Below, one piece after another: positions 10,215 through 18,294 of a stretch of 64,000 bases of DNA; within the stretch, counting starts at the first letter, position 1, and each line of letters begins with the position of its first letter. The notes under the pieces were generated by a model that had not been told where the DNA came from, made no database searches, and saw nothing but the letters and a program-made list of their open reading frames with translations. The translations under genes and the position numbers were made by a program. This stretch comes from a virus (Duplodnaviria > Heunggongvirae > Uroviricota > Caudoviricetes): positions 2,480 to 66,479 of IMG/VR virus record IMGVR_UViG_3300006145_000006; one strand, 5' to 3'.

Positions 10215-10883
10215 TTAGTAGCGGCAGTCAAACCATCCTAAATAGCAACCAGGTGTCATCCCCCATTCTGTCAATTCTTTAGCTGTATCATTGTAAAACC
10301 ACAAAGTCGTATAACCATATTCGTCTTTTAATTCTGCCCCAAGGCGGTATAGAAAGCCAGCTTCCTTTGCTTGGTCTATTTCATTTTTGAGGCCTTCATC
10401 GCTGATATTCTCTTTACTAATGCAGGCAAATGAAACACCACTTATTCCATTGGATTCGCCGGTCCATCTCACCTTGTATTCCCACATGGACTTGAACTCC
10501 TGATAGGCGGCTTGCTTTTCATCGCTCCAGGTGGAGGTATCATGTGCTGAGTCCCGCTTTTCCTGTTCCACAAACTCCTCCGTCTCCACAACCACAGCCC
10601 CATCCCAATCGATGGTCACCCCGGCCAGCTCACCAATCCGGCGGACGGGAAGGTAGGTCGTGCCGCCGCCCTTCTCGTCGGTGTAGGTGATGCTGGCAGG
10701 AGCCACGCAACCGTTGGGGAGGGTGTAGTCCTCGCCCGCTTCGGAGATGACCTGGCCGTTGAACTTAATGGCGGAGAGGTTGAATGAGACGTTGCCGGAG
10801 GCGGCGAGGGCGGCAACGGATGCCGAGAAAACCAGAGCAGAGGCCAGCACGCCGGTAATGAGACCGGAGAGATACTTTTTCAT
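10215..10883 (-). CDS. secreted protein with copper-amine-oxidase N-terminal-like (stalk) domain; signal peptide MKKYLSGLITGVLASALVFSASVAALAA
   Basis: Internal ATG at 10883 preceded by a GGAGTG SD. Signal peptide present. Motif YLPVRRIGELAGVTIDWDG is typical of the Cu_amine_oxidN1 domains of Clostridial surface proteins. Antisense to the tail genes. Confidence 0.6.
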   Translation of the reverse strand: MKKYLSGLITGVLASALVFSASVAALAASGNVSFNLSAIKFNGQVISEAGEDYTLPNGCVAPASITYTDEKGGGTTYLPVRRIGELAGVTIDWDGAVVVETEEFVEQEKRDSAHDTSTWSDEKQAAYQEFKSMWEYKVRWTGESNGISGVSFACISKENISDEGLKNEIDQAKEAGFLYRLGAELKDEYGYTTLWFYNDTAKELTEWGMTPGCYLGWFDCRY

Positions 10884-10968
10884 AGAAATGCACTCCTTTG
10901 GAAGATTAAATGTAGATAAAGACCTTTTGAGGCTATTCACGCAATAACATTTTAGAAGGAGAATAGTA

Positions 10969-11199
10969 ATGGTATTCAAACGCAACGAACAGCTCGTATA
11001 TAAGCAAAGGATTCCGCCCCTTGGCGGAGATTACTACCATCCATATACTCTTTCAGAGGACAAGATGATGGATGCAGCGGATAAAATCGTTAAATTTCTG
11101 TTGAAGGAAGGTGTTTCAATCAGGGACGCTCTATGGATCCTCGATGTGGCCAAGGAACGTGTCTTAGATTTTCCCTTCGATGAAGTCAATGCCATCTGA
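10969..11199 (+). CDS. hypothetical small protein
   Basis: 76 aa; AAGGAGA SD 6 nt upstream of the ATG. Confidence 0.45.
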   Translation: MVFKRNEQLVYKQRIPPLGGDYYHPYTLSEDKMMDAADKIVKFLLKEGVSIRDALWILDVAKERVLDFPFDEVNAI

Positions 11200-11439
11200 A
11201 CTAAACGTAAAGGTGCGTTTAACATGTTCGTGGCTTTCCACGACGATTGGCATATTGTCGGTTAAATAGCCTTTGCCGTTGATGTAACACAGCGCTCGGT
11301 TGTAGTCTGATATCTTAAGTCCAGTGCTACCCATCATCGTGGAATCGTCCGTTTCCACTGAGAGTGTTCCATCGTTCTCTTCTAACAGCGAATGGAGACA
11401 CGTAAGAATTTTGCGAGCATCTTTTGCAATTGTAAGCAT
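11164..11439 (-). CDS. hypothetical small protein (start at MLTIAKD, SD AAAGGAGA)
   Basis: Converges on and overlaps the preceding + ORF by 36 nt. Start chosen from the SD; no domain recognised. Confidence 0.4.
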   Translation of the reverse strand: MLTIAKDARKILTCLHSLLEENDGTLSVETDDSTMMGSTGLKISDYNRALCYINGKGYLTDNMPIVVESHEHVKRTFTFSSDGIDFIEGKI

Positions 11440-11484
11440 TTGAAGTTCTCCTTTACTTTTCATTTGTATGAATCGAGGTATCGC

Positions 11485-11760
11485 ATGAAAGTTATCAACA
11501 TCCCCCGCAACTGGGGAAAGACAACTGAGTTGATCCGTCAGTCAGCCCAAACGGGCTATCCCATTGTCACGCCGACAGGGCAGGCGTTGATTTATCGCAG
11601 GAAGGCCGAGGAGATGGGGTTGCCTGTCCCGGTTATTCTGACGGCAGAGGAGCTGAAAAAGAGCGATTACAAGAGGGTCTATGTTGACGAGGCAGGGTAT
11701 TTGCTGGAGCAGCTCCTTGGGGTCGAGGTCGAGGCGTTTACCATCAGCGGGGATGGTTAA
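11485..11760 (+). CDS. hypothetical protein, first gene of the rSAM cassette (starts MKVINIPRNWGKTTE)
   Basis: Internal ATG with a GAGGT SD. Contains a P-loop-like GKTTE element. Co-oriented immediately upstream of the radical SAM gene. Confidence 0.45.
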   Translation: MKVINIPRNWGKTTELIRQSAQTGYPIVTPTGQALIYRRKAEEMGLPVPVILTAEELKKSDYKRVYVDEAGYLLEQLLGVEVEAFTISGDG

Positions 11761-11980
11761 GGTGGTGAAAGAATTTGTTCAATCATTATTCTGAGTGGCC
11801 TTCGGAGCCCAAGTTGGAGATGGTGGAGGAGAGTTTTGCGTGCCCGCAGGAACGCCCTCTTTGGATTGCCCTAGGTATTGTATCTGTACTTTTAATTCTG
11901 ACTGCTGTTGTGTTTGGGTAATATTTGGGACGGTTGTATTATACCACACTTTCCCGAAAATGGCAAGGAGGTGACGCGCG

Positions 11981-13132
11981 GTGGCTCTGCCAAAAATCAC
12001 CTCGGCGTTCTTAAATTTGACCAACGCCTGCTGTCTGGCCTGCAAGTATTGCTTTGTGCATCAAAGTCCAGAGCATATGACATTGCAGGTCGCCAAGGAC
12101 GCGGCGGATTTTTTAGCCGCAAACGCAAAAGCACAGGGAGAAATTCCATCGATTAATTTCTTCGGCGGAGAGCCGATGCTTCGATATGAACAGGTGATCG
12201 TGCCGCTGACCCTTTACATCCGGGATACCTATGGGGATCATTTTAACCTTAGCATGACGAGCAACGGAATGTTATTTACGGAAGACCGTCTGTCCTTTAT
12301 GAGGAAGCATGGGGTCTCTCTTCTTTTCTCCATGGATGGCGGACGCGAGGTGCAAGACATGAACCGCCCAAGGGTTGATGGAGGTTCCAGTTTTGAGACG
12401 CTGGAGAAAACCATACCCTTGATTTTGCAATATTACCCGGAGGTCATGTTCCGCGCGACGGTGAACGAAGAAACGCAGGATAAGCTTTTTGACAGCATTC
12501 TGTTTGCAGAACGCCACGGGTTCAAAACCTTTTTTGTGATGCCGGACTGTTTTGCCGTTTGGAAAACCACACACGGACTTGACAGAGAAATGCGGAAGTA
12601 TTCCGATCACTACATCGACTGTTTGCGAGGTAGCGTTACACCCATTTACTTCTCGCAGTTGGAAAAATACTTCTCAAGAATCAGGCAATATAACCGTACC
12701 GTTATCAACAACTCCATGCGAGACTTCGATGGGTGCAAAGCCTGCGGAAAGTGCGGGCTCGGGTCAAACAAGTTTGCCGGCATCAACATCAACGGAGATG
12801 TTACCTCATGTCAAGAGTTCTTCTCTCGCACGGACGACAAGTTCTTGATCGGCAACATCTATACCGGGATCAACGACAATCTCCGGGCGCAGCTTATTGA
12901 GGAATTTGATTCCTCACCTGTCTATGGGAACAATTGCGAGGCTTGCCCGCTCAACAGGATTTGTGTTGGTGGTTGTGTTGCAAACAACTATATGATTACA
13001 GGAGACATACACCACGTTCCTGATATTTATTGCCATTGGGAGCGGCTTCTCTTCGGAGAGGCCGTTTATATTATGCAGGTTCTGGGTGAGGAGCGAAACG
13101 AGGCGTTTGCTCAAAGATGGTGCATGGCATGA
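11981..13132 (+). CDS. radical SAM / SPASM-domain peptide-modifying enzyme (ScfB/anSME-like maturase)
   Basis: GTG start with an AAGGAGGTG SD. Canonical CxxxCxxC (NACCLACKYCF). C-terminal SPASM cysteines (CKACGKCG...CEACPLNRICVGGCVANN). Confidence 0.85.
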   Translation: MALPKITSAFLNLTNACCLACKYCFVHQSPEHMTLQVAKDAADFLAANAKAQGEIPSINFFGGEPMLRYEQVIVPLTLYIRDTYGDHFNLSMTSNGMLFTEDRLSFMRKHGVSLLFSMDGGREVQDMNRPRVDGGSSFETLEKTIPLILQYYPEVMFRATVNEETQDKLFDSILFAERHGFKTFFVMPDCFAVWKTTHGLDREMRKYSDHYIDCLRGSVTPIYFSQLEKYFSRIRQYNRTVINNSMRDFDGCKACGKCGLGSNKFAGININGDVTSCQEFFSRTDDKFLIGNIYTGINDNLRAQLIEEFDSSPVYGNNCEACPLNRICVGGCVANNYMITGDIHHVPDIYCHWERLLFGEAVYIMQVLGEERNEAFAQRWCMA

Positions 13133-14004
13133 TGGATGAACTAATCAAAATCCCATCCTTCCTATCTGCCGACGATGATGCAGGAACACAAGCCACCGCA
13201 TGCTCTTTTTGTAGTGAGGTTGCCTGTGAAACAAGTGCAGAGCTTGGATGTAGCGGTTGCGAAGGAGACTGCGAGCACACGAGCCAAGGATGCACCTCAA
13301 CCTGCGAGAATGCATGCCAAACCAGTTGCCAAACCGGGTGTCAGTCCGCTTGCGAGACAAGCACGCAAGGCTCACCCCCTTCTTCTACGGTTTCTTTTTC
13401 GGTCAACGCGACGGGTGCGACCACGCTTCGTGTATCATGGAATAGTGTTGCTGGGGCGACGGACTATCAAATTGCATACAGGCCATCAGCATCAGGTTCA
13501 TCTTCCACGGTATACAAATCTGTTTCTGGAACTGCGTACACAATTTCTGGTCTCCAACCAGAAACGGAATATACGGTCAATGTTCGAGCTCACAATTCTT
13601 ATGGTTATGGGTCATTTAATTCCACAGGGAAAACGGCCACCACCTTGTCCGCAAGGCCGAAATACTGGTCATGGACAAATGGGCTGGTTGCATCCAAGCC
13701 GGCAATTGGTGCGTTATCCCCTGGGGACGATATCCCAGAGTACCTATCCGCCTCTGGGTGGACGTTGTTCGTGCAGAACATTAAGGACGTATATCAGTAT
13801 CGCATAGGTACGAGCTATTCTGGTAGTTTGAGCGATGGCGGCAACGGCACGACAAAGCTGTCTGCCGCTATGGTAAATCAGGCTATTACGGCCATTGGGA
13901 CAATGACCTCGACGTATCTGCCGGGGCAAACGGCATCCGGCACAACAAAACTCTCGGCCAGCCTGTTGAACGGACTGGCTGATTCTTTGAACGGCATTCC
14001 TTAA
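13117..14004 (+). CDS. SCIFF-like Cys-rich repeat (CxxxC x ~10) fused to a fibronectin type III domain protein; candidate rSAM substrate
   Basis: N-terminal ~25-aa leader-like segment. Core is CSFCSEVACETSAELGCSGCEGDCEHTSQGCTSTCENACQTSCQTGCQSACETS (compare SCIFF CQTSCQSACKTSC). An Fn3-like domain follows (VSWNSVAGATDYQIAYRP...EYTVNVRAHN) plus a C-terminal domain. Overlaps the rSAM stop. Confidence 0.7.
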   Translation: MVHGMMDELIKIPSFLSADDDAGTQATACSFCSEVACETSAELGCSGCEGDCEHTSQGCTSTCENACQTSCQTGCQSACETSTQGSPPSSTVSFSVNATGATTLRVSWNSVAGATDYQIAYRPSASGSSSTVYKSVSGTAYTISGLQPETEYTVNVRAHNSYGYGSFNSTGKTATTLSARPKYWSWTNGLVASKPAIGALSPGDDIPEYLSASGWTLFVQNIKDVYQYRIGTSYSGSLSDGGNGTTKLSAAMVNQAITAIGTMTSTYLPGQTASGTTKLSASLLNGLADSLNGIP

Positions 14005-14053
14005 GACACGATATCGCGTAAAAAATTTTTGCTTAGTATGCGTTCTAAAAATC

Positions 14054-14082
14054 TTGCCACATTCTCCCCTTTATTGTATAAT
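14054..14082 (+). promoter_or_regulatory. sigma70-like promoter TTGCCA-17nt-TATAAT
   Basis: Near-consensus -35/-10 hexamers with a 17-nt spacer, ~10 nt upstream of the SD/start of the following gene. Confidence 0.55.
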
Positions 14083-14093
14083 AATCGGGAAAG

Positions 14094-15035
14094 GTGGCGA
14101 TAACTGTGAGGTTATCTGAAGTGTACTTTATATGTAAAAACGCGTTAAACAATTGGGTTAGACCAGAATTCAAGGAGCACGTGCGCAACGGGACTTCTAC
14201 TGATTATTCCATTCAAAACATTGAAGCATTGAGGGGGATGATTGATCCCTTACGGGAAGTAGACTGTCTTCAGGAAACGATTGCCGCCATTGGGGAAGAT
14301 TTCCACGATTTAGATAAGCCACCATATCATGAATATTTCAACAGCGCCACAAAAATACACGGAGACGGTCTAATCCGTCACTTGATGTCCCAAATAGCCA
14401 CTATTTGTGATTTATACGAAAGCATGGGGTTGTCTATTGAAGATAATCGAACGGGGTTTGATGTAAAGTTGCCTGCCAGCATTTCGCTGGAGGAAATCAG
14501 CCGGTGTACGCACGACCTCGACCTTCTACTTAACAAGTGCCCAATTTTCTCTGGTATTGACAGCACCGTCTCATTTGAGCGCACCGATGTTGGATCTGTC
14601 TGGCTTACCTTTGTTGTTGTTGGAACGGCGGCTGTTGGTTTCTTGGGGGCTCTCGCCCATTTGATTGACAAAGCTATTATTGTCCGTTCCCATCATCTCA
14701 CCGTAAAAGAGCATGAGATTCGTGTTCGGGAGTTGGAGCTTAGTGCGGAGGCAGCAGAATCTCTCACAAAAGCATATACAGAGATGAATGAAAAGCTGCT
14801 TGAGAAAACTGTACAGGAGTTAGCACAAGAACATGATGTTACAAGCCCTGAAGATCAAGAACGAGTCCGTGCGGCTATTAAGACGTTGAGCGATTGGATG
14901 GATAAGGGGCTTCAAATCTATCCGTCCTTAAGCGCTCCGCAAGAGGTAAAGGCTGTGTTTCCTCCGTTGGAACGTCAGTCGCTCAAGGAGTCTGAAATCA
15001 AAATGCTGACATCTTCCGCCCAGGAAGAGTCTTAA
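14094..15035 (+). CDS. moron-encoded membrane protein with central TM helix and C-terminal coiled coil (probable start GTG 14106 with AAGGTGG SD)
   Basis: 313 aa. TM segment VWLTFVVVGTAAVGFLGALAHLI. Has its own promoter and terminator. No known domain. Confidence 0.6.
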   Translation: MAITVRLSEVYFICKNALNNWVRPEFKEHVRNGTSTDYSIQNIEALRGMIDPLREVDCLQETIAAIGEDFHDLDKPPYHEYFNSATKIHGDGLIRHLMSQIATICDLYESMGLSIEDNRTGFDVKLPASISLEEISRCTHDLDLLLNKCPIFSGIDSTVSFERTDVGSVWLTFVVVGTAAVGFLGALAHLIDKAIIVRSHHLTVKEHEIRVRELELSAEAAESLTKAYTEMNEKLLEKTVQELAQEHDVTSPEDQERVRAAIKTLSDWMDKGLQIYPSLSAPQEVKAVFPPLERQSLKESEIKMLTSSAQEES

Positions 15036-15064
15036 CAGACGAATCAAAATTGAACATATCATTG

Positions 15065-15107
15065 AATCCCTGCTTGATCCGAATGGATCAAGCAGGGATT
15101 GTTTTAT
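15065..15107 (+). terminator. rho-independent terminator (16-bp perfect stem AATCCCTGCTTGATCC + GTTTTAT)
   Basis: Perfect inverted repeat with a 4-nt loop followed by a T-run. Confidence 0.7.
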
Positions 15108-15146
15108 CCTGCGGTGAATATTTCAAGACGATAAAAGGGGTATTTT

Positions 15147-15323
15147 ATGGACTTTTCTAATTTGAAGAACGTCTTGTCCGCGATCCAACAGGGGCTAGAT
15201 GGCATTGAAGTCAAGGGGCAGAGCGCCCGCAATTTGGTTGGCGTGATGCAGATGACACAATTTGCTGTCCAGGAGATCGAGAAGCTGGAGCTGACCGACA
15301 CAGAGCAAAAGGACGAGGAATAA
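15147..15323 (+). CDS. small 58-aa coiled-coil protein (not in ORF track)
   Basis: ATG with an AAAGGGG SD at 7 nt. Ends 20 nt before the Dit-like gene. Confidence 0.4.
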   Translation: MDFSNLKNVLSAIQQGLDGIEVKGQSARNLVGVMQMTQFAVQEIEKLELTDTEQKDEE

Positions 15324-15343
15324 TCGCATAAGGAGGTGAGCAA

Positions 15344-16180
15344 ATGGCATTCACAGCATACGAGTTCACCTTTAATGGGCGCTCCTGCCGGGAGTTTGGT
15401 CTCATCCTGTGCGACTTCAACGGATCTGACCGTGAGGGCGGAACACACACAGCGGGCGGAAAGCCACAGGTGGAGACGGTGTTCCGGCAATACCGTTCTT
15501 TGCTGAGAGGGATGGAGGACGAAGAAAAGCTCTCGTTCCCGCTATCCTTTTGGCTTTGTCCGGATAGGATGGAGCGGCGGCAATTTCTGGACCGCTTTGA
15601 GATCGAAGCAATCTCCTCCTGGCTCACCGGGCATCGCGACTGGGGGTGGCTGACTATTGTGCAGGACGACCTGTCACATGTGCGGTATCGCTGTATGATC
15701 ACCGAGCTAAAGGAGGTCTCCAGCGGATGGGACACCTACGGCTTTACATGCACGGTGCAGTGCGACTCCCATTATGCCTATATGCTCCCGCAGGAATACA
15801 AGTATCACTGTGTTGACACGCTGAATCTCGACTTCTTCAATCGGAGTTCTATGAACGACCCCTACTTCCCTGCTTTGGCCATTGAGCCGCTGGGAAGCGG
15901 GGGCGTTTCCATTGTGAATCAGTCCCTTGACGGGACCGGTCCGGCCTGGGGTGATCTGGCCTATGTGAGCGGGGCAAAACTTGATCCCCTTCCCTCTTTG
16001 GCTCAGCTCAGGATCGAGCTTGATGAGAATGGAGTGCTAGCAAACTCCGAGGGGTTGAACCTGTACCCATACTATAACTTCGAGAGATTGGGGCTTGCTC
16101 GGGGCAAAAACAGGCTGGTCGTAACGGGAAAATGTAATTTGACGATCCGGTGCGAATTTCCGGTGGATGTGGGGGTGTAA
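15344..16180 (+). CDS. siphovirus tail component, Dit-like (distal tail protein family N-terminus)
   Basis: N-terminus FTFNGRSCREFGLILCDFNG matches the Sipho_tail family hallmark (FNGxxSxxFGLxv). 278 aa. Confidence 0.55.
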   Translation: MAFTAYEFTFNGRSCREFGLILCDFNGSDREGGTHTAGGKPQVETVFRQYRSLLRGMEDEEKLSFPLSFWLCPDRMERRQFLDRFEIEAISSWLTGHRDWGWLTIVQDDLSHVRYRCMITELKEVSSGWDTYGFTCTVQCDSHYAYMLPQEYKYHCVDTLNLDFFNRSSMNDPYFPALAIEPLGSGGVSIVNQSLDGTGPAWGDLAYVSGAKLDPLPSLAQLRIELDENGVLANSEGLNLYPYYNFERLGLARGKNRLVVTGKCNLTIRCEFPVDVGV

Positions 16181-16185
16181 GCAAA

Positions 16186-16560
16186 ATGGCACGTTGTTAT
16201 TGTTTGGAAAATAACGGGAGCTTTAGTATGGTTGCCGGAGAGGGTGGAGCAATCACCTTCCACATGGTAGATGGACAAAGCAAGATCCCGCTTGATATCA
16301 CTGGATATAACGCTGAGTTCACGGCGGTGGATTGTACCAATCAAGATACGGTACAAATCTCCAAAAAGCCCAGTGAGATCAAGGTGATAGATGACCTCGT
16401 CATTGTCCGATTAGAACCAAACGACACAAGCAAGCTCCTGCCGGGCAAATATCTATACCAGCTTGAAATTTGGAGTAATGACGCGGGCCCGGAGGTCGTT
16501 TCAGAAGGATCTATCTTCATCAGAAGAAATTATAAGGGGGTGAGTCCTGTTGAGTATTAA
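16186..16560 (+). CDS. hypothetical tail-associated small protein
   Basis: ATG 6 nt after the Dit stop; 124 aa, beta-rich. Confidence 0.45.
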   Translation: MARCYCLENNGSFSMVAGEGGAITFHMVDGQSKIPLDITGYNAEFTAVDCTNQDTVQISKKPSEIKVIDDLVIVRLEPNDTSKLLPGKYLYQLEIWSNDAGPEVVSEGSIFIRRNYKGVSPVEY

Positions 16561-17701
16561 CTTTACTGGGCGTGAGGGTTGCCCACATGTAGGCGCCAGC
16601 GCATCCGGTCTGGTGCTTGAAAAAGTTCTGGGCGCCCTTGATGAATCAAGAGAGAACCTACAAAATGCGCAAGAGATCAAGGATGAGACTCTGAAAATCA
16701 AAGAGGATGCCGAAGCCGCCGAAACTGGCGCATTGGCGGCTAAAAATACCGCAGAACGTGCGGTTCAAGATGCGCAGGCCGCCAAATCCGACGCTCAAGA
16801 CGCAAAGGGCGGTGCAGAGGACGCACTTGAGAAAGCCTTGGAAGCGCAAGGAAATGCAGAAGCCGCAAGAGATGGTGCGCTGGCGGCGAAAGGCGATGCC
16901 ATTGAAGCCAGAGATGAAGCCCGTAACGCCAGAGATACTGCAAAGCAGTACAGCGGAAAGCCCGCCAAAGCCATTGATGGCACGTGGTGGATCTGGAACG
17001 CCGAGACGGGAGAATATGAGGACAGCGGAGCATCCTCCGTATTGTCTATTCAGCACAGCTACCCCAGTATTGTTGCAATGGATGCTGATTTTGACAACAC
17101 CAATAGGAATGACATGGCTATCATCTCTTCCTCCGTTGAGAAAGAGGACACCGCGAAGCTATACATCAACAACGGCACGGAATGGGTTTACCTATGTGAT
17201 CTGTCCGGCGTGCAGGGCGCGAAGGGTGACGCGGCCACGGTAACGGTAGGGACGGTGACCGCCGGAGATGCTGGGTCTGATCCATTGGTCACAAATGCAG
17301 GAACCCCCGCCGCCGCGGTACTTAACTTCGTGATTCCCAAGGGAGATAAGGGTGACAAAGGGGATCCCGGCGTCGGAATCAGCAGTATTACTCTTACATC
17401 TGGAAACCACACTCCAGGAACGGAAGACACCTACACGGTGCGGCTTACTGATGGAAAGGAATTTAGTTTCCAGGTCTATAACGGCACAAACGGAAGTGGC
17501 GCGGGCGATTTGATGGCAGACGGTTCTGTGTCCATGACAGGTGACTTAAACGCCGGCGGGCACAAGGTGACAAATTTAGCGGCCCCAGAGGCCGATGTCG
17601 ACGCTGTGCGAAAGGCTGATTTGGACAGTCTGATCATCACCAGCGCAACCCAGCCGTCCAGTCAGTCCACAAACGGGATTTGGTACAAGGTTCTATCGTA
17701 A
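16550..17701 (+). CDS. tail fiber protein with collagen-like GDKGDKGDPG repeat and Ala/Glu-rich coiled-coil N-region
   Basis: TTG start with an AAGGGGG SD. Collagen triplet repeat; typical phage fiber composition. Confidence 0.7.
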   Translation: MSINFTGREGCPHVGASASGLVLEKVLGALDESRENLQNAQEIKDETLKIKEDAEAAETGALAAKNTAERAVQDAQAAKSDAQDAKGGAEDALEKALEAQGNAEAARDGALAAKGDAIEARDEARNARDTAKQYSGKPAKAIDGTWWIWNAETGEYEDSGASSVLSIQHSYPSIVAMDADFDNTNRNDMAIISSSVEKEDTAKLYINNGTEWVYLCDLSGVQGAKGDAATVTVGTVTAGDAGSDPLVTNAGTPAAAVLNFVIPKGDKGDKGDPGVGISSITLTSGNHTPGTEDTYTVRLTDGKEFSFQVYNGTNGSGAGDLMADGSVSMTGDLNAGGHKVTNLAAPEADVDAVRKADLDSLIITSATQPSSQSTNGIWYKVLS

Positions 17702-17716
17702 TCGAGGTGACAAAAC

Positions 17717-18280
17717 GTGTATGTAATCAAAATGGCGAATGACAAGAGCCTGGTCAACACCATAAAATCAACGATTTATCGGGGTGAGCTGAATGCGAAT
17801 CGCATTCTATTTCTGCTCCCGAACGAGTGGGATGAGCATTTGATGGCCGACTATGGTGTGCGTCTGGACTATATCACTCCAGACGGCGTGGGCAACTCAG
17901 AAATGCTGTGTGCTGAGCAGGACAGCTATAAGGGGTATCTCCAGTTCTATGTTCCGGTCGGTTGCCCAATGACTGATCAGGGCGGAGCCGTAGAGCTTTG
18001 GCTCTCTATTCTTGACCGAGATGGTACGGTAGTCATCAAGACCGGGAGCAATTATCTGTTCGTCGAGGAGCGCAAGACGGTCTCAGACTATTACCCCGCC
18101 GAAAAACGGGAGCTTTTGGACGCCTTGGCTGCTGATGTGGAGACCTTGAAACGCACAAAGGCAGATAATTTGGTTTATAACGCAGAGGACAATTTCCTTC
18201 AGCTATCAGCCGAGGGGGAACCGATTGGAGATAAAGTTATGATGTCTGATGACGGCGCAACGTCCGAAGATGCAGAGTAA
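17717..18280 (+). CDS. hypothetical protein between fiber genes (fiber assembly/chaperone candidate)
   Basis: GTG start with a GAGGTGA SD; 187 aa. Confidence 0.45.
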   Translation: MYVIKMANDKSLVNTIKSTIYRGELNANRILFLLPNEWDEHLMADYGVRLDYITPDGVGNSEMLCAEQDSYKGYLQFYVPVGCPMTDQGGAVELWLSILDRDGTVVIKTGSNYLFVEERKTVSDYYPAEKRELLDALAADVETLKRTKADNLVYNAEDNFLQLSAEGEPIGDKVMMSDDGATSEDAE

Positions 18281-18294
18281 AGCGAGGTGATAAA

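Noticed and set aside
13175-13807. 210-aa + strand ORF in an alternative frame of the Cys-rich/Fn3 gene
   Set aside because: Arg/Pro-rich junk-like translation. The overlapping frame encodes a recognisable Fn3 domain and the SCIFF-like motif.
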